DNA of 64,000 bases, taken from Azolla caroliniana. Lineage: Eukaryota > Plantae > Polypodiophyta. This document shows, one piece after another, positions 29,301 to 42,400 of this stretch. The stretch spans positions 29,090-93,089 of the forward strand of contig JBHGNT010000093.1 of assembly GCA_043228905.1 (NCBI GenBank), written 5' to 3'. The notes below the pieces were generated by a model. The model saw only the letters and a program-made list of their open reading frames with translations. It did not search any database and was not told the origin of the DNA. Each line of letters starts with the position of its first letter. The stretch's first letter is position 1. A program made the translations under genes and the position numbers.

Positions 29301-31144
29301 GTAATTTCGTCATGTCTCTCGACCTGAGTTTCAAAATCTTCATTTTTTAATTCCATATCATAGCTAGCGTTGTTAACTTCGTTTCGCATGTTTGAACACA
29401 AAAATCCGATATCACACGAGCCAGGTATGAACATTTTCATTTACCTACTAGCTCTTCTCAACTCACTCCTCAAATTTGGTAATTTCGTCATGTCTCTCGA
29501 CCTGAGTTTCGAAATCTTGATTTTTTAATTCTATATCATAGCTATCTTTGTTTGCTTCGATTCGCATGTTTGAACACAAAAATCCGATATCACACGAGCC
29601 AGGTAGGAACATTTTCATTTCCGAACGGGCTCTTCTCCACTCCCTCCTCTAATTTGCTAATTTATTCATGTCTCTCGACCTGAGTTTCAAAATCTTGATT
29701 TTTTAATTCCATATTATAGCTAGCTTTGTTAGCTTCGATTCGTATGTTTGAACACAAAAATCCGATATCACACGAGCCAGGCATGAACATTTTAATTTAC
29801 TCACGGGCTCTTCTCCACTCCCTCCTCTAATTTGCTAATTTCTTCATGTCACTCGACCTGAGTTTCAAAATCTTGATTTTTTAATTCCATATCATCGCTA
29901 GCGATGTTAGCTTCGATTCGCATGTTTGAACACAAATATCCGACATCACACGAGCCAGGTATGAACATTTTAATTTACTCAAGGGCTCCTCTCAATTCCC
30001 TCCTCAAATTTGGTAATTTCATCATGTCTCTCGACCTGAGTTTCAAAATCTTGATTTTTTAATTCTATATCATAGCTAGCTTTGTTTGCTTCGATTCGCA
30101 TGTTTGAACACAAAAATCCGATATCACACGAGCCAGGTATGAACATTTTCATTTACTCAAGGGCTCCTCTCAACTCACTCCTCATGTTTGCTAATTTCGT
30201 CATGTCTCTCGACCTGAGTTTCAAAATCATGATTTTTTAATTCCATATCATAGCTAGCGTTGTTAGCTTCGAATCGCATGTTTGAACACAAAAGTCCGAT
30301 ATCACACGAGCCAGGTATGAACATTTTAATTTACTCAAGGGCTCCTCTCAATTCCCTCCTCAAATTTGGTAATTTAATCATGTCTCTCGACCTGAGTTTC
30401 AAAATCTTGATTTTTTAATTCTATATCATAGCTAGCTTTGTTTGCTTCGATTCGCATGTTTGAACACAAAAATCCGATATCACACGAGCCAGGTATGAAC
30501 ATTTTCATTTACTCAAGGGCTCCTCTCAACTCACTCCTCATGTTTGCTAATTTCGTCATGTCTCTCGACCTGAGTTTCAAAATCATGATTTTTTAATTCC
30601 ATATCATAGCTAGCGTTGTTAGCTTCGAATCGCATGTTTGAACACAAAAGTCCGATATCACACGAGCCAGGTATGAACATTTTAATTTACTCAAGGGCTC
30701 CTCTCAATTCCCTCCTCAAATTTGGTAATTTAATCATGTCTCTCGACCTGAGTTTCAAAATCTTGATTTTTTAATTCTATATCATAGCTAGCTTTGTTTG
30801 CTTCGATTCGCATGTTTGAACACAAAAGTCCGATATCACACGAGCCAGGTATGAACATTTTCATTTACTCAAGGGCTCCTCTCAACTCACTCCTCATGTT
30901 TGCTAATTTCGTCATGTCTCTCGACCTGAGTTTCAAAATCATGATTTTTTAATTCCATATCATAGCTAGCGTTGTTAGCTTCGAATCGCATGTTTGAACA
31001 CAAAAGTCCGATATCACACGACCCAGGTATGAACATTTTCATTTACTCAAGGGCTCCTCTCAACTCACTACTCATGTTTGCTAATTTCGTCATGTCTCTC
31101 GACCTGAGTTTCAAAATCTTGATTTTTTAATTCCATATCATAGC

Positions 31145-34100
31145 TAGCGTTGTTAGGTTCGTTTCGCATGTTTGAACATAAAAATCCGATATCACACGAG
31201 CCAGGTATGAACATTTAAATTTACTCACGGGCTCCTCTCAACTCACTACTCATGTTTGCTAGTTTCGTCATGTCTCTCGACCTGAGTTTCAAAATCTTGA
31301 TTTCTTAATTCCATATCATAACTAGCGTTGTTAGCTTCGAATCGCATGTTTGAACACAAAAATCCGATATCACACGCGCCAGGTATGAACATTTTCATTT
31401 ACCTGTTCGCTTCGTTTCGCATGTTTTCATTTACTCAAGGGCTCCTCTCAACTCACTACTCAAATTCGGTAATTTCGTCATGTCTCTCGACCTGAGTTTC
31501 AAAATCTTCATTTTTTAATTCCATATCATAGCTAGCGTTGTTAACTTCGTTTCGCATGTTTGAACACAAAAATCCGATATCACACGAGCCAGGTATGAAC
31601 ATTTTCATTTACCTACTAGCTCTTCTCAACTCACTCCTCAAATTTGGTAATTTCGTCATGTCTCTCGACCTGAGTTTCGAAATCTTGATTTTTTAATTCT
31701 ATATCATAGCTATCTTTGTTTGCTTCGATTCGCATGTTTGAACACAAAAATCCGATATCACACGAGCCAGGTAGGAACATTTTCATTTCTGAACGGGCTC
31801 TTCTCCACTCCCTCCTCTAATTTGCTAATTTATTCATGTCTCTCGACCTGAGTTTCAAAATCTTGATTTTTTAATTCCATATTATAGCTAGCTTTGTTAG
31901 CTTCGATTCGCATGTTTGAACACAAAAATCCGATATCACACGAGCCAGGCATGAACATTTTAATTTACTCACGGGCTCTTCTCCACTCCCTCCTCTAATT
32001 TGCTAATTTCTTCATGTCACTCGACCTGAGTTTCAAAATCTTGATTTTTTAATTCCATATCATCGCTAGCGATGTTAGCTTCGATTCGTACGTTTGAACA
32101 CAAATATCCGACATCGCACGAGCCAGGTATGAACATTTTAATTTACTCAAGGGCTCCTCCCAATTCCCTCCTCAAATTTGGTAATTTCATCATGTCTCTC
32201 GACCTGAGTTTCAAAATCTTGATTTTTTAATTCTATATCATAGCTAGCTTTGTTTGCTTCGATTCGCATGTTTGAACACAAAAATCCGGTATCACACGAG
32301 CCAGGTATGAACATTTTCATTTACTCAAGGGCTCCTCTCAACTCACTCCTCATGTTTGCTAATTTCGTCATGTCTCTCGACCTGAGTTTCAAAATCATGA
32401 TTTTTTAATTCCATATCATAGCTAGCGTTGTTAGCTTCGAATCGCATGTTTGAACACAAAAGTCCGATATCACACGAGCCAGGTATGAACATTTTCATTT
32501 ACTCAAGGGCTCCTCTCAACTCACTACTCATGTTTGCTAATTTCGTCATGTCTCTCGACCTGAGTTTCAAAATCTTGATTTTTTAATTCCATATCATAGC
32601 TAGCGTTGTTAGGTTCGTTTCGCATGTTTGAACACAAAAATCCGATATCACACGAGCCAGGTATGAACATTTAAATTTACTCACGGGCTCCTCTCAACTC
32701 ACTACTCATGTTTGCTAGTTTCGTCATGTCTCTCGACCTGAGTTTCAAAATCTTGATTTCTTAATTCCATATCATAACTAGCGTTGTTAGCTTCGAATCG
32801 CATGTTTGAACACAGAAATCCGATATCACACGCGCCAGGTATGAACATTTTCATTTACCTGTTCGCTTCGTTTCGCATGTTTTCATTTACTCAAGGGCTC
32901 CTCTCAACTCACTACTCAAATTCGGTAATTTCGTCATGTCTCTCGACCTGAGTTTCAAAATCTTCATTTTTTAATTCCATATCATAGCTAGCGTTGTTAG
33001 GTTCGTTTCGTATGTTTGAACACAAAAATCCGATATCACACGAGCCAGGTATGAACATTTTCATTTACCTACTAGCTCTTCTCAACTCACTCCTCAAATT
33101 TGGTAATTTCGTCATGTCTCTCGACCTGAGTTTCGAAATCTTGATTTTTTAATTCTATATCATAGCTATCTTTGTTTGCTTCGATTTGCATGTTTGAACA
33201 CAAAAATCCGATATCACACGAGCCAGGCATGAACATTTTAATTTACTCACGGGCTCTTCTCCACTCCCTCCTCTAATTTGCTAATTTCTTCATGTCACTC
33301 GACCTGAATTTCAAAATCTTGATTTTTTAATTCCATATCATCGCTAGCGATGTTAGCTTCGATTCGCATGATTGAACACAATAATCCGATATCACACGAG
33401 CCAGGTATGAACATTTTAATTTACTCACGGCCTCTTCTCCACTCCCTCCTCAAATTTGCTAATTTCATCATGTCTCTCGACCTGAGTTTCAAAATCTTGA
33501 TTTTTTAATTCCATATCATAGCTAGCGTTGTTAGCTTCGATGCGCATGTTTGAACACAAAAATCCGATATCACCCGAGCCAGGTATGAACATTTTGATTC
33601 ACTCAAGGGCTCCTCTCAACTCCCTCCTCATGTTTCCTAATTTCGTTATGTCTCTCGACCTGAGTTTTAAAATATTGATTTTTTAATTCTATATCATAGC
33701 TACCGTTGTCAGCTTCGAATCGCATGTTTGAACACAAAAATCCGATATCACACGAGCCAGGTATGAACATTTTCATTTACTCACAGGCTCCTCTCAACTC
33801 ACTACTCACATTTGTTCATTTCGTCATGTCTCTCGACCTGAGTTTCAAAATCTTGATTTTTTAATTCCATGTCATAGGTACCGTTGTTAGCTTCGATTCG
33901 CATGTTTGAACATAAAAATCCGATATCACACGAGCCAGGTATGAACATTTTTATTAACCCAGTAGCTCTTCTCAACCCACTCCTCATGTTTGCTAATTTC
34001 GTCATGTCTCTCGACCTGAGTTTCAAAATCATGATTTTTTAATTCCATATAATAGCTAGCGTTGTTAGCTTCGAATCGCATGTTTGAACACAAAAGTCCG

Positions 34101-37100
34101 ATATCACACGAGCCAGGTATGAACATTTTCATTTACTCAAGGGCTCCTCTCAACTCACTACTCATGTTTGTTAATTTCGTCATGTCTCTCGACCTGAGTT
34201 TCAAAATCTTGATTTTTTAATTCCATATCATAGCTAGCTTTGTTAGCTTCGATTCGCATGTTTGAACATAAAAATCCGATCTCACACGAGCCAGGTATGA
34301 ACATTTTTATTTACCTACTAGCTCTTCTCAACCCACTACTCAAATTTGGTAATTTCGTCATGTCTCTCGACCTGAGTTTCAAAATCTTGATTTTTTAATT
34401 CGATATCATAGCTAGCGTTGTTAGCTTCAATTCGCATGTTTGAACACAAAAATCCGATATCACACGAGCCAGGTATGAATATTTTAATTTACCTACTAGC
34501 TCTTCTCAACTCACTCCTCAAATTTGGTAATTTCGTCATGTCTCTCGACCTGAGTTTCAAAATCTTGATTTTTTAATTCCATATTATAGCTACCGTTGTT
34601 AGCTTCGATCCGCATGTTTGAACACAAAAATCCGATATTACACGAGCCAGGTATGAACATTTTCATTTACTCAAGGGCTCCTCTCAACTCACTCCTCATG
34701 TTTGCTAATTTCGTCATGTCTCTCGACCTGAGTTTCAAAATCTTGATTTTTTAATTCCATATCATAGCTAGCGTTGTTAGCTTCGAATCGCATGTTTGAA
34801 CACAAAAGTCCGATATCACACGAGCCAGGTATGAACATTTTCATTTACTCAAGGGCTCCTCTCAACTCACTACTCATGTTTGCTAATTTAGTCATGTCTC
34901 TCGACCTGAGTTTCAAGCTAGCGTTGTTAGCTTCGAATCGCATGTTTGAACACAAAAGTCCGATATCACACGAGCCAGGTATGAACATTTTCATTTACTC
35001 AAGGGCTCCTCTCAACTCACTACTCATGTTTGTTAATTTCGTCATGTCTCTCGACCTGAGTTTCAAAATCTTGATTTTTTAATTCCATATCATAGCTAGC
35101 TTTGTTAGCTTCGATTCGCATGTTTGAACATAAAAATCCGATCTCACACGAGCCAGGTATGAACATTTTTATTTACCTACTAGCTCTTCTCAACCCACTA
35201 CTCAAATTTGGTAATTTCGTCATGTCTCTCGACCTGAGTTTCAAAATCTTGATTTTTTAATTCGATATCATAGCTAGCGTTGTTACCTTCGAATCGCATT
35301 TTTGAACACAAAAGTCCGATATCACACGAGCCAGGTATGAACATTTTCATTTACTCAAGGGCTCCTCTCAACTCACTACTCATGTTTGTTAATTTCGTCA
35401 TGTCTCTCGACCTGAGTTTCAAAATCTTGATTTTTTAATTCCATATCATAGCTAGCTTTGTTAGCTTCGATTCGCATGTTTGAACATAAAAATCCGATCT
35501 CACACGAGCCAGGTATGAACATTTTTATTTACCTACTAGCTCTTCTCAACCCACTACTCAAATTTGGTAATTTCGTCATGTCTCTCGACCTGAGTTTCAA
35601 AATCTTGATTTTTTAATTCGATATCATAGCTAGCGTTGTTAGGTTCGTTTCGCATGTTTGAACATAAAAATCCGATATCACACGAGCCAGGTATGAACAT
35701 TTAAATTTACTCACGGGCTCCTCTCAACTCACTACTCATGTTTGCTAGTTTCGTCATGTCTCTCGACCTGAGTTTCAAAATCTTGATTTCTTAATTCCAT
35801 ATCATAACTAGCGTTGTTAGCTTCGAATCGCATGTTTGAACACAAAAATCCGATATCACACGCGCCAGGTATGAACATTTTCATTTACCTGTTCGCTTCG
35901 TTTCGCATGTTTTCATTTACTCAAGGGCTCCTCTCAACTCACTACTCAAATTCGGTAATTTCGTCATGTCTCTCGACCTGAGTTTCAAAATCTTCATTTT
36001 TTAATTCCATATCATAGCTAGCGTTGTTAACTTCGTTTCGCATGTTTGAACACAAAAATCTGATATCACACGAGCCAGGTATGAACATTTTCATTTACCT
36101 ACTAGCTCTTCTCAACTCACTCCTCAAATTTGGTAATTTCGTCATGTTTCTCGACCTGAGTTTCGAAATCTTGATTTTTTAATTCTATATCATAGCTATC
36201 TTTGTTTGCTTCGATTCGCATGTTTGAACACAAAAATCCGATATCACACGAGCCAGGTAGGAACATTTTCATTTCCGAACGGGCTCTTCTCCACTCCCTC
36301 CTCTAATTTGCTAATTTATTCATGTCTCTCGACCTGAGTTTCAAAATCTCGATTTTTTAATTCCATATTATAGCTAGCTTTGTTAGCTTCGATTCGCATG
36401 TTTGAACACAAAAATCCGATATCACACGAGCCAGGCATGAACATTTTAATTTACTCACGGGCTCTTCTCCACTCCCTCCTCTAATTTGCTAATTTCTTAA
36501 TGTCACTCGACCTGAGTTTCAAAATCTTGATTTTTTAATTCCATATCATCGCTAGCGATGTTAGCTTCGATTCGTATGTTTGAACACAAATATCCGACAT
36601 CGCACGAGCCATGTATGAACATTTTAATTTACTCAAGGGCTCCTCCCAATTCCCTCCTCAAATTTGGTAATTTCATCATGTCTCTCGACCTGAGTTTCAA
36701 AATCTTGATTTTTTAATTCTATATCATAGCTAGCTTTGTTTGCTTCGATTCGCATGTTTGAACACAAAAATCCGGTATCACACGAGCCAGGTATGAACAT
36801 TTTCATTTACTCAAGGGCTCCTCTCAACTCACTCCTCATGTTTGCTAATTTCGTCATGTCTCTCGACCTGAGTTTCAAAATCATGATTTTTTAATTCCAT
36901 ATCATAGCTAGCGTTGTTAGCTTCGAATCGCATGTTTGAACACAAAAGTCCGATATCACACGAGCCAGGTATGAACATTTTCATTTACTCAAGGGCTCCT
37001 CTCAACTCACTACTCATGTTTGCTAATTTCGTCATGTCTCTCGACCTGAGTTTCAAAATCTTGATTTTTTAATTCCATATCATAGCTAGCGTTGTTAGGT

Positions 37101-39480
37101 TCGTTTCGCATGTTTGAACACAAAAATCCGATATCACACGAGCCAGGTATGAACATTTAAATTTACTCACGGGCTCCTCTCAACTCACTACTCATGTTTG
37201 CTAGGTTCGTCATGTTTCTCGACCTGAGTTTCAAAATCTTGATTTCTTAATTCCATATCATAACTAGCGTTGTTAGCTTCGAATCGCATGTTTGAACACA
37301 GAAATCCGATATCACACGCGCCAGGTATGAACATTTTCATTTACCTGTTCGCTTCGTATCGCATGTTTTCATTTACTCAAGGGCTCCTCTCAACTCACTA
37401 CTCAAATTCGGTAATTTCGTCATGTCTCTCGACCTGAGTTTCAAAATCTTCATTTTTTAATTCCATATCATAGGTAGCGTTGTTAGGTTCGTTTCGTATG
37501 TTTGAACACAAAAATCCGATATCACACGAGCCAGGTATGAACATTTTCATTTACCTACTAGCTCTTCTCAACTCACTGCTCAAATTTGGTAATTTCGTCA
37601 TGTCTCTCGACCTGAGTTTCGAAATCTTGATTTTTTAATTCTATATCATAGCTATCTTTGTTTGCTTCGATTCGCAGGTTTGAACACAAAAATCCGATAT
37701 CACACGAGCCAGGCATGAACATTTTAATTTACTCACGGGCTCTTCTCCACTCCCTCCTCTAATTTGCTAATTTCTTCATGTCACTCGACCTGAATTTCAA
37801 AATCTTGATTTTTTAATTCCATATCATCGCTAGCGATGTTAGCTTCGATTCGCATGATTGAACACAATAATCCGATATCACACGAGCCAGGTATGAACAT
37901 TTTAATTTACTCACGGCCTCTTCTCCACTCCCTCCTCAAATTTGCTAATTTCATCATGTCTCTCGACCTGAGTTTCAAAATCTTGATTTTTTAATTCCAT
38001 ATCATAGCTAGCGTTGTTAGCTTCGATTCGCATGTTTGAACACAAAAATCCGATATCACCCGAGCCAGGTATGAACATTTTGATTCACTCAAGGGCTCCT
38101 CTCAACTCCCTCCTCATGTTTCCTAATTTCGTCATGTCTCTCGACCTGAGTTTTAAAATATTGATTTTTTAATTCTATATCATAGCTACCGTTGTCAGCT
38201 TCGAATCGCATGTTTGAACACAAAAATCCGATATCACACGAGCCAGGTATGAACATTTTCATTTACTCACAGGCTCCTCTCAACTCACTACTCACATTTG
38301 TTCATTTCGTCATGTCTCTCGACCTGAGTTTCAAAATCTTGATTTTTTAATTCCATGTCATAGGTACCGTTGTTAGCTTCGATTCGCATGTTTGAACATA
38401 AAAATCCGATATCACACGAGCCAGGTATGAACATTTTTATTAACCTACTAGCTCTTCTCAACCCACTCCTCATGTTTGCTAATTTCGTCATATCTCTCGA
38501 CCTGAGTTTCAAAATCATGATTTTTTAATTCCATATAATAGCTAGCGTTGTTAGCTTCGAATCGCATGTTTGAACACAAAAGTCCGATATCACACGAGCC
38601 AGGTATGAACATTTTCATTTACTCAAGGGCTCCTCTCAACTCACTACTCATGTTTGTTAATTTCGTCATGTCTCTCGACCTGAGTTTCAAAATCTTGATT
38701 TTTTAATTCCATATCATAGCTAGCTTTGTTAGCTTCGATTCGCATGTTTGAACATAAAAATCCGATCTCACACGAGCCAGTTATGAACATTTTTATTTAC
38801 CTACTAGCTCTTCTCAACCCACTACTCAAATTTGGTAATTTCGTCATGTCTCTCGACCTGAGTTTCAAAATCTTGATTTTTTAATTCGATATCATAGCTA
38901 GCGTTGTTAGCTTCAATTCGCATGTTTGAACACAAAAATCCGATATCACACGAGCCAGGTATGAATATTTTAATTTACCTACTAGCTCTTCTCAACTCAC
39001 TCCTCAAATTTGGTAATTTCGTCATGTCTCTCGACCTGAGTTTCAAAATCTTGATTTTTTAATTCCATATTATAGCTACCGTTGTTAGCTTCGATCCGCA
39101 TGTTTGAACACAAAAATCCGATATTACACGAGCCAGGTATGAACATTTTCATTTACTCAAGGGCTCCTCTCAACTCACTCCTCATGTTTGCTAATTTCGT
39201 CATGTCTCTCGACCTGAGTTTCAAAATCTTGATTTTTTAATTCCATATCATAGCTAGCGTTGTTAGCTTCGAATCGCATGTTTGAACACAAAAGTCCGAT
39301 ATCACACGAGCCAGGTATGAACATTTTCATTTACTCAAGGGCTCCTCTCAACTCACTACTCATGTTTGCTAATTTAGTCACGTCTCTCGACCTGAGTTTC
39401 AAAATCTTGATTTTTTAATTCCATATCATAGCTAGCGTTGTTAGCTTCGAATCGCATGTTTGAACACAAAAGTCCGATAT
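31145..39480. repeat. Tandem duplication with a 4,486-bp (25-monomer) period; second copy colinear to about 39.5 kb
   Basis: Markers are offset by 4,486: insertions 31403/35889 and 32859/37345, and rare GTTGTCAGC at 33708/38194. 4,486 = 22 x 178 + 2 x 210 + 150. Confidence 0.85.
34769..34918. repeat. 150-bp monomer (28-bp deletion)
   Basis: TTTCAA|GCTAGC at about 34916 lacks AATCTTGATTTTTTAATTCCATATCATA; monomer starts are at 34769 and 34919. Confidence 0.92.
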
Positions 39481-42400
39481 CACACGAGCCAGGTATGAAT
39501 ATTTTAATTTACCTACTAGCTCTTCTCAACTCACTCCTCAAATTTGGTAATTTCGTCATGTCTCTCGACCTGAGTTTCAAAATCTTGATTTTTTAATTCC
39601 ATATCATAGCTAGCTTTGTTAGCTTCGATTCGCATGTTTGAACATAAAAATCCGATCTCACACGAGCCAGGTATGAACATTTTTATTTACCTACTAGCTC
39701 TTCTCAACCCACTACTCAAATTTGGTAATTTCGTCATGTCTCTCGACCTGAGTTTCAAAATCTTGATTTTTTAATTCGATATCATAGCTAGCGTTGTTAG
39801 CTTCGAATCGCATGTTTGAACACAAAAGTCCGATATCACACGAGCCAGGTATGAACATTTTCATTTACTCAAGGGCTCCTCTCAACTCACTACTCATGTT
39901 TGTTAATTTCGTCATGTCTCTCGACCTGAGTTTCAAAATCTTGATTTTTTAATTCCATATCATAGCTAGCTTTGTTAGCTTCGATTCGCATGTTTGAACA
40001 TAAAAATCCGATCTCACACGAGCCAGGTATGAACATTTTTATTTACCTACTAGCTCTTCTCAACCCACTACTCAAATTTGGTAATTTCGTCATGTCTCTC
40101 GACCTGAGTTTCAAAATCTTGATTTTTTAATTCGATATCATAGCTAGCGTTGATAGCTTCAATTCGCATGTTTGAACACAAAAATCCGATATCACACGAG
40201 CCAGGTATGAATATTTTAATTTACCTACTAGCTCTTCTCAACTCACTCCTCAAATTTGGTAATTTCGTCATGTCTCTCGACCTGAGTTTCAAAATCTAGA
40301 TTTTTTAATTCCATATTATAGCTACCGTTGTTAGCTTCGATCCGCATGTTTGAACACAAAAATCCGATATTACACGAGCCAGGTATGAACATTTTCATTT
40401 ACTCAAGGGCTCCTCTCAACTCACTACTCATGTTTGTTCATTTCGTCATGTCTCTCGACCTGAGTTTCAAAATCTTGATTTTTTAATTCCATATCATAGG
40501 TACCGTTGTTAGCTTCGATTCGCATGTTTGAACATAAAAATCCGATATCACACGAGCCAGGTATGAACATTTTAATTTACTCAAGGGCTCCTCTCAACCC
40601 ACTACTCATGTTTGTTAATTTCGTCATGTCTCTCGACCTGAGTTTCAAAATCTTGATTTCTTAATTCCATATCATAACTAGCGTTGTTAGCTTCGATTCG
40701 CATGTTTTAACACAAAAATCCAATATCACACGAGCCAGGTATGAACATTTTCATTTACTCAAGGGCTCCTCTCAACTCACTCCTCATGTTTGCTAATTTC
40801 GTCATGTCTCTCGACCTGAGTTTGAAAATCTTGATTTTTTAATTCCATATAATAGCTAGCGTTGTTAGCTTCGAATCGCATGTTTGAACACAAAAATCCG
40901 ATATAACAGGTAGGAACATTTTCATTTCCGAACGGGCTCTTGTCCACTCCCTCCTCTAATTTACTAATTTATTCATGTCTCTCGACCTGAGTTTCAAAAT
41001 CTTGATTTTTTAATTCCATATTATAGCTAGCTTTGTTAGCTTCGATTCGCATGTTTGAACACAAAAATCCGATATCACACGAGCCAGGCATGAACAGTTT
41101 AATTTACTCACGGGCTCTTCTCCACTCCCTCCTCTAATTTGCTAATTTCTTCATGTCACTCGACCTGAGTTTCAAAATCTTGATTTTTTAATTCTATATC
41201 ATCGCTAGCGATGTTAGCTTCGATTCGCATGTTTGAACACAAATATCCGACATCACGCAAGCCAGGTATGAACATTTTAATTTACTCAAGGGCTCCTCTC
41301 AATTCACTCCTCAAATTTGGTAATTTCATCATGTCTCTCGACCTGAGTTTCAAAATCTTGATTTTTTAATTCCATATCATAGCTAGCGTTGTTAGCTTCG
41401 ATTCGCATGTTTGAACACAAAAATGCGATATCACCCGAGCCAGGTATGAACATTTTGATTCACTCAAGGGCTCCTCTAACCTCCATCCTCATGTTTGCTA
41501 ATTTCGTCATGTCTCTTGACTTGAGTTTCAAAATCTTGATTTTTTAATTCCATATTATAGCTAACGTTGTTAGCTTCGATTCACATGTTTGAACACAAAA
41601 ACCCGATATCACACGAGCCAGGTATGAATATTTTAATTTAGCTACTAGCTCTTCTCAACTCACTCCTCAAATTTGGTAATTTCGTCATGTCTCTCGACCT
41701 GAGTTTCAAAATCTTGATTTTTTAATTCGATATTATAGCTACCGTTGTTAGCTTCGATTCGCATGTTTGAACACAAAAATCCAATATCACACGAGCCAGG
41801 TATGAACATTTTCATTTACTCAAGGGCTCCTCTCAACTCACTCCTCATGTTTGCTAATTTCGTCATGTCTCTCGACCTGAGTTTGAAAATCTTGATTTTT
41901 TAATTCCAAATAATAGCTAGCGTTGTTAGCTTCGAATCGCATGTTTGAACACAGAAATCCGTATCACACGCGCCAGGTATGAACATTTTCATTTACCTGT
42001 TCGCTTCGTTTCGCATGTTTTCATTTACTCAAGGGCTCCTCTCAACTCACTACTCAAATTCGGTAATTTCGTCATGTCTCTCGACCTGAGTTTCAAAATC
42101 TTCATTTTTTAATTCCATATCATAGCTAGCGTTGTTAACTTCGTTTCGCATGTTTGAACACAAAAATCCGATATCACACGAGCCAGGTATGAACATTTTC
42201 ATTTACCTACTAGCTCTTCTCAACTCACTCCTCAAATTTGGTAATTTCGTCATGTCTCTCGATCTGAGTTTCGAAATCTTGATTTTTTAATTTTATATCA
42301 TAGCTATCTTTGTTTGCTTCGATTCGCATGTTTGAACACAAAAATCCGATATCACACGAGCCAGGTAGGAACATTTTCATTTCCGAACGGGCTCTTCTCC

